Below are positions 1-6,687 of a stretch of 64,000 nucleotides of DNA, piece by piece. The position numbers were made by a program, and so were the translations under genes. How positions within the stretch are numbered: the first letter of the stretch is position 1; each line of letters begins with the position of its first letter. The DNA comes from Candidatus Daviesbacteria bacterium (GTDB taxonomy: Bacteria > Patescibacteriota > Microgenomatia > Daviesbacterales > UBA10151), in the NCBI GenBank assembly GCA_016183305.1, contig JACPEW010000006.1, positions 2,317 to 66,316 of the forward strand, read 5' to 3'. The notes under the pieces were generated by a model, which did not search any database, was not told the DNA's origin, and worked only from the letters and a program-made list of their open reading frames with translations.

Positions 1-2
1 TG

Positions 3-158
3 CATGGTTCACTTTTACCTAAAAATCCTAAGTTAGCTGACTGGCTTCTACAAAAAGCTTTAGAAATAAAATATGGCAAACAAATTGAGCTTAAACCTTT
101 AGATGATACTCTAGAACTACAAGCTCACCAAAAAGCCATCTCAAGATTCAGCAAATAA
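3..158 (+). CDS. 3' end of unidentified CDS (start outside window)
   Basis: Frame open from window edge to TAA 156-158 (51 codons); no diagnostic motif. Confidence 0.3.
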   Translation, partial: HGSLLPKNPKLADWLLQKALEIKYGKQIELKPLDDTLELQAHQKAISRFSK

Positions 159-180
159 TCTGCTAAAATACACCTAGGAA

Positions 181-263
181 GCGGATGTGGTGAAACGGTA
201 TACACGATAGGTTTAGGACCTATTGCCCGCAAGGGCGTGGAGGTTCGATTCCTCTCATCCGCA
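181..263 (+). tRNA. tRNA-Leu (anticodon UAG)
   Basis: Cloverleaf by eye: acceptor GCGGATG/CATCCGC, anticodon arm ATAGG-TTTAGGA-CCTAT, long variable arm TGCCCGCAAGGGCGT, T arm GGAGG-TTCGATT-CCTCT, discriminator A. Confidence 0.9.
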
Positions 264-292
264 CTCTTACTATTTTCTTACTATTTAGCGAT

Positions 293-574
293 TTGACTTC
301 TGGTATAAAAGAGTTAGAATATCCTCGTCTAACTATGAATGATCCAGTAAACCCAGCAAGTCCTGAATTTGGACCGGGCGGTCCTGTCAGACAACCAGAA
401 ACTACTATAACAGCATCATCTGGTAGAACAATAATTTTTAATCAACACCCTGCGCCAAACACTGGCCCTATGCCACCTAGCGATCCAGCAACAATTATTG
501 AGGCAGGCAAAAGAGCCCTACCTCTGCCAGAAACGCGACGCCGGGCTGCTGAAGCAATCCAAGAAACTAAGTAG
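293..574 (+). CDS. hypothetical Pro-rich protein
   Basis: 93-codon ORF from track (TTG start, internal ATG at 335); no recognisable family. Confidence 0.3.
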   Translation: MTSGIKELEYPRLTMNDPVNPASPEFGPGGPVRQPETTITASSGRTIIFNQHPAPNTGPMPPSDPATIIEAGKRALPLPETRRRAAEAIQETK

Positions 575-615
575 ATTTCTGAAAAATTGGCTGAAAAGGT
601 GTAAAATATACACCC

Positions 616-1290
616 ATGAACACCTTTGGAACAAAAAATAGGATTAATCCCAAGAATATCCTGGGGGGTATGGGCTTTTTTGATGAAACTGGTTTTGAAA
701 AAGAGTCAGCCATGGTCTCTTCTGCAGTAGCCACTGTAGCCTCTGCTTCTAGCCAGGTGGTCAGTGGCTTTTTTGAAGCAGCTATCGGCCTGGGCCAAAA
801 TATCGGCGGAACTGAATCTAAACAGGAAGCAAACGGTAAATTCTCCAAAGGTTCTTTAAATAACTTTAATGATAAAGCCCGCTTTGAACAACTTCAGCAA
901 CAACAAACTGAAACAGAAAAGCAAAGAGCAGAAAAAGATAGAAAAACCATCTTCTTCCAGGCTCTTAAAGAAGACCAGCAAAGGGCTCAACAAGCTAAAG
1001 AAAAAAAGCTGGAAGAAGATGAGATAAATGATATTATTGCCAATTTACCGACAGAGCAAAAAAACAGGTTATTACACTACCAGGCAAGTTATAAGGACAG
1101 AAGTATTTACCAAAAAGCAGAACTTAGAAAGAAGCTGATTGAAGAACAAAAGAAAGCAGAAAAACAACAAAAAGAAGCACCCATCCCAAGTCCGGCTAAA
1201 CAACCTTCTGCTATGGAAGGCGCTTTTGAAGGCAGAAGCGGAGCCCAGGGCAGTGGTACCTCTAATTTATCTGCCCAAGCTGTAGGGTAA
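616..1290 (+). CDS. hypothetical Lys/Glu/Gln-rich (coiled-coil-like) protein
   Basis: 224-aa ORF, low-complexity charged central region; no family recognised. Confidence 0.45.
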   Translation: MNTFGTKNRINPKNILGGMGFFDETGFEKESAMVSSAVATVASASSQVVSGFFEAAIGLGQNIGGTESKQEANGKFSKGSLNNFNDKARFEQLQQQQTETEKQRAEKDRKTIFFQALKEDQQRAQQAKEKKLEEDEINDIIANLPTEQKNRLLHYQASYKDRSIYQKAELRKKLIEEQKKAEKQQKEAPIPSPAKQPSAMEGAFEGRSGAQGSGTSNLSAQAVG

Positions 1291-1308
1291 GTGTGCTAAA
1301 ATATCCCA

Positions 1309-1391
1309 GTGTGTCCTTGTCAAAAACTGTCATTTAGACAATTTTTGACAAGCGGTCTCCCTTGCCGGGTCAGACTCGGCTCCGGTCCGAT
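1309..1391 (-). repeat. R5 element copy 1 (TCGGACCGGAG ... GGGAGACCGCTT ... hairpin ... TTTTTGACAAGG)
   Basis: Reverse complement aligns block-by-block with 35799-35905; contains 16-bp hairpin CTTGTCAAAAACTGTC/GACAATTTTTGACAAG; abuts 5' end of tRNA-Val. Confidence 0.55.
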
Positions 1392-1468
1392 GGGCGGTTA
1401 GCTCAGTTGATTAGAGCGCAGCATTGACATTGCTGAGGTCGTTGGTTTGACTCCATCACCGCCCACCA
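1392..1468 (+). tRNA. tRNA-Val (anticodon GAC), CCA encoded
   Basis: Acceptor GGGCGGT/ACCGCCC, anticodon arm CAGCA-TTGACAT-TGCTG, T arm GTTGG-TTTGACT-CCATC, A73 then CCA. Confidence 0.9.
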
Positions 1469-1496
1469 TTGACAATCCGGTAAGAAATATCATAAT
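1469..1496 (+). promoter_or_regulatory. sigma70-like promoter (TTGACA-N16-CATAAT)
   Basis: TTGACA 1469-1474, CATAAT 1491-1496; predicted start a few nt before ATG 1506. Confidence 0.5.
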
Positions 1497-1505
1497 ATCA
1501 AAATA

Positions 1506-1565
1506 ATGATTAGATTTTTACAAACTTGTTGCACTACAACTATCCTTCTAAGGGAGGTTACGTAG
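1506..1565 (+). CDS. candidate leader peptide MIRFLQTCCTTTILLREVT (19 aa, 5 Thr, 3 consecutive)
   Basis: ATG 1506 to TAG 1563-1565; Thr codons ACT ACA ACT at 1533-1541; ORF ends inside the 5' strand of the antiterminator. Confidence 0.45.
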   Translation: MIRFLQTCCTTTILLREVT

Positions 1566-1622
1566 TGTAATTTTTGTAAAAATTTACACAAAGACAAACC
1601 TCCTCCAAAAGGAGGTTTTTTT
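1550..1622 (+). promoter_or_regulatory. alternative antiterminator/terminator structure (attenuator)
   Basis: GGGAGGTT (1552-1559) can pair with AACCTCCT (1597-1604), which alternatively pairs with AGGAGGTTT (1610-1618). Confidence 0.5.
1596..1622 (+). terminator. rho-independent terminator
   Basis: 9-bp stem AAACCTCCT/AGGAGGTTT, 5-nt loop, T-run through 1622. Confidence 0.7.
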
Positions 1623-1646
1623 GTGCTTTGAAAGGAGGTGATTTTC

Positions 1647-1832
1647 ATGAAAACAGAAATAGTAGCTGAAAGATTCCTTGGATCAGACATGAGCGATAAG
1701 GTGCGTTTGGCTGAACCAGCTGATGGTAATCCAAATAAACCACCACGCGTAATCCCATCTGATATGAGTAATCCTGGCAGATTATTCGGCGCAAAGGAAT
1801 GGGTTAATCCGGCGCTACCTATTACTAGGTAG
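1647..1832 (+). CDS. hypothetical small protein (61 aa)
   Basis: ATG 1647 preceded by AAAGGAGGTG SD at 7-nt spacing; no family recognised. Confidence 0.4.
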   Translation: MKTEIVAERFLGSDMSDKVRLAEPADGNPNKPPRVIPSDMSNPGRLFGAKEWVNPALPITR

Positions 1833-1908
1833 TTTTTCTGTAGTAATTGGGATGGATGCTAGCTGTCCCAATCTACCAAAGTAAGAAGCTATCTGATATA
1901 TTACAGAT

Positions 1909-3645
1909 ATGGATAATAAAGATTTAAATAATCTAAGACATTCCTGTGCTCATCTTTTGGCAGCTGCTGTTTTGGAACTGTGGCCAGATACTAAACTGAC
2001 CATTGGTCCTGCTACTCAAGATGGGTTTTATTATGATTTTGAGTTTGTAAAACCCATAACTGAAGATGGCTTACCCAAGATAGAACAGAAGATGAAACAG
2101 CTTTTACCCAGCTGGACCCGTTTTGAACACAGGGAAGTAACAGAACAAGAAGCAAAAGAATTATTTAAAGATAACTCTTATAAACTAGAACTAATTGAGG
2201 AAATAGCACAAAAGAAAGAACCAATTACTCTTTATAAATCAGGAAACTTTGAAGATTTGTGCAGAGGAGGGCATTCTGAAAATCCCAGCAAAGAAATTGG
2301 AGCTTTGAAACTATTATCTATTGCTGGGGCTTATTGGAGGGGATCAGAGAAAAATAAAATGCTTACCAGAATCTATGGCACTTGTTTTCCCACTAGAGAA
2401 GAACTTGATGAGTATCTTAATATGTTGAAAGAAGCTAAAAAAAGAGACCATAGAAAATTAGGAAAAGAACTGGACTTATTTATCTTCTCAGACTTGGTTG
2501 GTCCTGGGCTGCCTTTATTTACCCCTAAAGGCACTATCTTAAGGGAAGAACTGTTTAAATTCTCAGAAAGCTTGCAGCTGGCTAATGGTTATCAAAGAGT
2601 TTGGATTCCCCATATCACTAAGACAGATTTATATAAAAAAAGCGGTCACTGGGATAAATTTGGCGGTGAATTATTCCTGGTTAAAAGCCGGGAAACCAGT
2701 GATCAGCTTGTCCTAAAACCAATGAATTGCCCACATCATGTTCAAATCTATGCTTCCAAACAAAGGAGTTATAAAGAGCTCCCAGTCAGATATATGGAAA
2801 CTACCACCCAGTATAGAGATGAAAAAATGGGTGAGCTGTTAGGTTTATCCAGAGTCAGGTCTATTTCTATTGATGATTCCCATATCTTTTGTACCATGGA
2901 TCAGGTTGAAGAAGAGTTCAGAAAAATCATGGATATGGTCAAAACTATGTATAAAACTTTAGGGATGGAGTTTAAAGCCAGGCTCTCTTTTAGAGATTCC
3001 TCAGATAAGTTTCTGGGTGAGCTTAAAGATTGGCAAAAGGCCCAAGCAATTATTGAACAGGTGGCTAAAAATTTAGGAATTAATTATTTTATTGCTGAAG
3101 GAGAGGCTGCTTTTTATGGTCCTAAAATTGATATTTTAGTTATGGATAGTTTAGGACGCGAGTGGCAATGTGCCACTGAGCAGCTTGATTTTGTCCAACC
3201 TCAAAGGTTTGGCCTAACTTATATTGATGCAGATGGTAGCGAAAAAACTCCATTTATGATCCATAAAGCAATCTTGGGTTCAATAGAAAGATTTCTCTCT
3301 GTTTATATAGAACACACTGGGGGGGCTTTTCCTATTTGGCTTTCGCCTGTACAAGTACAAATTATACCCATTGCTGATAGGCACCAAAAATATGGACAAA
3401 AGTTACTCGAACAATTAAAGTCTGCAAATATTAGATCAGAGATTGATTCAAGAGCAGAAAAAATGCAAGCAAAAATAAGGGATGCCCAACTGCAGAAGAT
3501 CCCTTATATGTTAATTATTGGTGATAGGGAAGAACAAGATAATAAAACAGCTGTTAGAACCAGGGCAGGGCAGGATTTAGGAGCAATAGAGTTTAAAGAA
3601 TTTTTAACAAAAATTAAATCTGAAATTGAGTTTAAATCTTCCTGA
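1909..3645 (+). CDS. thrS: threonyl-tRNA synthetase, lacking the N-terminal TGS domain
   Basis: Starts in editing/SAD region (HSCAHLLAAAV); class II core and C-terminal anticodon-binding domain recognisable by eye. Confidence 0.93.
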   Translation: MDNKDLNNLRHSCAHLLAAAVLELWPDTKLTIGPATQDGFYYDFEFVKPITEDGLPKIEQKMKQLLPSWTRFEHREVTEQEAKELFKDNSYKLELIEEIAQKKEPITLYKSGNFEDLCRGGHSENPSKEIGALKLLSIAGAYWRGSEKNKMLTRIYGTCFPTREELDEYLNMLKEAKKRDHRKLGKELDLFIFSDLVGPGLPLFTPKGTILREELFKFSESLQLANGYQRVWIPHITKTDLYKKSGHWDKFGGELFLVKSRETSDQLVLKPMNCPHHVQIYASKQRSYKELPVRYMETTTQYRDEKMGELLGLSRVRSISIDDSHIFCTMDQVEEEFRKIMDMVKTMYKTLGMEFKARLSFRDSSDKFLGELKDWQKAQAIIEQVAKNLGINYFIAEGEAAFYGPKIDILVMDSLGREWQCATEQLDFVQPQRFGLTYIDADGSEKTPFMIHKAILGSIERFLSVYIEHTGGAFPIWLSPVQVQIIPIADRHQKYGQKLLEQLKSANIRSEIDSRAEKMQAKIRDAQLQKIPYMLIIGDREEQDNKTAVRTRAGQDLGAIEFKEFLTKIKSEIEFKSS

Positions 3646-3740
3646 AAAAAATTTTAATGATTAAAAATCAAACCATTGAATCTCAAGCCTGGTTTATGTT
3701 AGAATCTACCAAAGATTATATGACAAAGGAGACTGTCTAA

Positions 3741-4280
3741 CTGGCCAAGTTCTATCGTTTGAATGAACATATCCAAGCTGAAAAGCTTAGGGTAATTGAT
3801 TCCAAGGGGGAACAATTAGGCATCTTAACTAAAGCAGAAGCTTTAGGAAAAGCTAAGGAATTAGGGCAGGATTTAATAGAAATCGCCCCAAATGCTGACC
3901 CTCCTGTTGCCAGGATAACTGACTTTCAAAAGTTCAGGTATGAGGAAAATAAAAAGGAAAGGGCATCAAGGAAAGGTAATTCTGCAGGAGAATTAAAAGA
4001 ACTTTGGCTATCTCCCAGGATAGCAGAACATGATCTTCAGGTTAGGTTAAATAGAACTGAAGAATTTTTGAAAACAGGCCATAAAGTAAAATTAACAGTT
4101 AAGTTTAAAGGCAGGGAAATGGCTCACCAGGAAATAGGGTACCGTGTCTTGCAAGAAGCTTTAACCCTCTTGGGTGACAAAGTTGCGGTAGAAAAAGATG
4201 CCAAAATGGAGGGAAGAAAGCTGTCAATGATTGTAGCAAAAAACAAAGGAGTAAAATCAAATGCCGAAACAGAAAACTAA
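3741..4280 (+). CDS. infC: translation initiation factor IF-3 (probable CUG start)
   Basis: RLNEHIQAEKLRVID...PPVARITDFQKFRYE match IF-3. Frame is open back to CTG 3741, 9 nt after AAGGAG 3726-3731; the track start is TTG 3759. Confidence 0.85.
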   Translation: MAKFYRLNEHIQAEKLRVIDSKGEQLGILTKAEALGKAKELGQDLIEIAPNADPPVARITDFQKFRYEENKKERASRKGNSAGELKELWLSPRIAEHDLQVRLNRTEEFLKTGHKVKLTVKFKGREMAHQEIGYRVLQEALTLLGDKVAVEKDAKMEGRKLSMIVAKNKGVKSNAETEN

Positions 4281-4396
4281 CAAATCAATACTTAAAAGAG
4301 TGAAGATTACCTCAACTGGTAAACTATTAAGAAAGCACCAGTTTGGTTCAGGCCACCTTAAAAGCAAAAAGATTAAGAAAGGTGATTGGACTTTAA
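4261..4396 (+). CDS. rpmI: ribosomal protein L35 (short; frame as given runs on into rplT)
   Basis: MPKQKTNKSILKRVKITSTGKLLRKH is the L35 N-terminal signature. No in-frame stop before the rplT ATG; TAA 4394-4396 lies in the +1 frame. Confidence 0.7.
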
Positions 4397-4743
4397 TGGC
4401 TAGAGTTAAAAGAGGGTTTGTTGCACACAGAAAACATAAAAAGGTTTTAGAACTTACCAAAGGCCACAGGGCTGGCAGAAGCAAGCTTATTAAAGAAGCA
4501 AAATCATCTCTCTTGCATGCAGGAGCTTATGCTTTTGCTGGCAGAAAACTTAGAAAACGTGATATGAGAGCCCTTTGGATTACTCAGCTTGGAATTGCAG
4601 TAAAAAATGAAGGCTTAAGCTATTCTAAGTTTATTTCCCAACTCAAAGCAAAAAATATCAACTTAGACAGAAAAATCTTAGCAGATTTGGCTGTCAATAA
4701 TCCTGATGACTTTAAAAAAATTATCACCCAAATCAAAAGTTAA
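4396..4743 (+). CDS. rplT: ribosomal protein L20
   Basis: MARVKRGFVAHRKHKKVLELTKGHRAGRSKL; GGTGA SD-like 8 nt upstream. Confidence 0.92.
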   Translation: MARVKRGFVAHRKHKKVLELTKGHRAGRSKLIKEAKSSLLHAGAYAFAGRKLRKRDMRALWITQLGIAVKNEGLSYSKFISQLKAKNINLDRKILADLAVNNPDDFKKIITQIKS

Positions 4744-5464
4744 ACCTTCCCATAAAGTTATCTTAGCAGTCGGAGCCCATCCTGATGATATTGATATTGG
4801 TTATTCAGGTTCCATAGCTAAATGGACAGAACAAGGAGCAGAAGTTTATTATTTAGTCTTAACTGATGGCAGCAAGGGCTCAGAAGACCCTCATATCTCC
4901 AATAAAGAATTAACTCAAATAAGACAGGCAGAACAACAAGCAGCAGCTGATATTTTGGGAGTAAAAAAAGTGTACTTTTTAAACTTTGTTGATGGGGAAC
5001 TGGAAAATACTCCTGCTTTAAGAAAACACATAATAAAAATTATCCGTCAAATTAAGCCTAATACAGTAATTTGTTCTGATCCAACTTTTTACTATGATAC
5101 GCACCGTCATTTTATAAACCATCCGGATCATAGGATAGCAGGGGAAGCAACAGTTGATTGTGTTTATCCTTTTGCCAGGAATGCCAGGACTTTCCCAGAA
5201 CTTCTAGCAGAGGGTTTGCAGTCTCATGTGGTAGAAGAACTGCTGCTGGTTAACTTTACTAAAGCTACTTACTTTATAGATATTAGTAAAACAATAGAGA
5301 AAAAAGTTACTGCTATATCAGCCCATAAAAGCCAGTTTAATGATATAAAAAAGTTTACTGAAATGATTAAACAAATGAGTTCCTTAATGGGTAAAAAAGC
5401 TAAGCCTAAGAAATTAAAGTATGCTGAAGGCTTTATCAGAATCCTCCTCCATCAATCTAGTTAA
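4706..5464 (+). CDS. PIG-L/LmbE family N-acetylglucosaminyl deacetylase-like protein
   Basis: AHPDDIDIG and HPDH motifs; start uncertain (overlaps rplT by 38 nt as drawn). Confidence 0.7.
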   Translation: MTLKKLSPKSKVKPSHKVILAVGAHPDDIDIGYSGSIAKWTEQGAEVYYLVLTDGSKGSEDPHISNKELTQIRQAEQQAAADILGVKKVYFLNFVDGELENTPALRKHIIKIIRQIKPNTVICSDPTFYYDTHRHFINHPDHRIAGEATVDCVYPFARNARTFPELLAEGLQSHVVEELLLVNFTKATYFIDISKTIEKKVTAISAHKSQFNDIKKFTEMIKQMSSLMGKKAKPKKLKYAEGFIRILLHQSS

Positions 5465-5562
5465 CCTAACGTGTTGTTCAAGCAATACAGTATTTCTGTC
5501 AGGATTCCAGTCTTCAACACCCTCATTTATCATAAGGCGCTTAGTGTGCTAGAATTGAGCTT

Positions 5563-6603
5563 GTGGAAGAAAAAATTTCTCAAATTCAAACTGAATATTT
5601 AGAACAAATCCAGCAAGCTCAAAGTTTAAAAGAGCTGGATGAGATTTTTTTAGGGCTATTTGGTAAGAAAGGCCAGCTTGATTTATTACCAAAAGAGTTT
5701 GGCAAACTTTCAATAGAGGAAAGGAAGAAAGTTGGGCCTTTATTCAATTCTGCTAAGCAGAATTTAGAGCAAGCTATTGAGAGAAAAAGAGGGGAAGTCC
5801 GCGGAGAAAGTTACAAAAAGCTTGCAAACGAAAAGCTTGATCTGTCTGATACTAAATTAATAACAAGGAAAGGCCATCTCCATCCTGTTACCCGGTTAGA
5901 AAACGGGGTTGTAACTTTATTTAAAAAACTAGGTTTTACCCAATACGGTGCTCCTCATATTGACAGCGAAGAATATAATTTTGAACTCTTAAATATCCCG
6001 CAAGGCCACCCAGCCAGGGATTTATGGGATACTCTATATATAGACCCACATAACTTAAAAGTCAGTCCAGGAGAATTACTGCTTAGAACTCATACCTCAA
6101 ATGCCCAAGTTAGATTAATGAAGGAATTTAAGCCTCCTATCAGAATGATGATTATTGACCGCTGTTTTAGATATGAAAATGTTGATGCCAGACACGAGCA
6201 TACCTTGGACCAATTTGAAATTGTTTATATAGACAAAGGTGTTAGTATGGCTAATTTGCAGTATTTATCAGAGTATTTTTTTCAAGGCATCTTAGGCAAG
6301 GATATAAAAGCAAGGCTAAGACCAAAATATTACCCTTTTGTTGAACCAGGAGCAGGGGTGGATGGTCTTTGTATTTTCTGTAAAGGTAAAGGCTGTAAGG
6401 TTTGTGGAGGAATAGGCTGGTTAGAACTGGCAGGAGCAGGTATGATTCACCCACAGGTTTTAAGAAATGGGGGGATCGACCCAAATGTTTATTCCGGAAT
6501 TGCCTGGGGCGCAGGCCCGGAAAGAATGGCCATGTTGAAATTCGGTATAGAAAATATCCGCTCATTTAAAAGTGGTGATCTAAAAATATTGGAGAAATTT
6601 TGA
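5563..6603 (+). CDS. pheS: phenylalanyl-tRNA synthetase alpha subunit
   Basis: GHPARD, FRYENVDARHEH, CxxC-x4-CxxC knuckle, GAGMIHPQVL; GTG start. Confidence 0.93.
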   Translation: MEEKISQIQTEYLEQIQQAQSLKELDEIFLGLFGKKGQLDLLPKEFGKLSIEERKKVGPLFNSAKQNLEQAIERKRGEVRGESYKKLANEKLDLSDTKLITRKGHLHPVTRLENGVVTLFKKLGFTQYGAPHIDSEEYNFELLNIPQGHPARDLWDTLYIDPHNLKVSPGELLLRTHTSNAQVRLMKEFKPPIRMMIIDRCFRYENVDARHEHTLDQFEIVYIDKGVSMANLQYLSEYFFQGILGKDIKARLRPKYYPFVEPGAGVDGLCIFCKGKGCKVCGGIGWLELAGAGMIHPQVLRNGGIDPNVYSGIAWGAGPERMAMLKFGIENIRSFKSGDLKILEKF

Positions 6604-6607
6604 CTTT

Positions 6608-6675
6608 GTCATCCTGAACTTGATTCAGGATCTATACCAACAATCGTATAGATTCCAGATCAAGTCTGGAATGAC
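6608..6675. repeat. R2 composite palindrome (two inverted GTCATCCTGA..TCAGGATC units)
   Basis: GTCATCCTGAACTTGATTCAGGATC TATAC...GTATA GATTCCAGATCAAGTCTGGAATGAC between pheS and pheT. Confidence 0.8.
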
Positions 6676-6687
6676 AGAAAGGAATTT

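Noticed and set aside
1846-1872. Hairpin ATTGGGA-N13-TCCCAAT upstream of thrS as a tRNA-Thr anticodon-arm mimic (E. coli-type operator) or terminator
   Set aside because: The loop has no Thr anticodon-like triplet in a 7-nt loop context and no T-run follows. The significance of a 7-bp stem in AT-rich DNA is weak.
4257-4484. 75-aa minus-strand ORF over rpmI/rplT, and the 104-aa minus ORF inside pheS (6251-6565)
   Set aside because: They are antisense to highly conserved ribosomal and aaRS genes and show no independent signals.
5465-5562. Looked for T-box leaders or Phe/Tyr-rich leader peptides upstream of pheS, tyrS and thrS
   Set aside because: No T-box consensus, specifier-loop architecture or amino-acid-biased mini-ORF is seen upstream of pheS or tyrS. 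Only the thrS-proximal region (reported separately) shows attenuator features.
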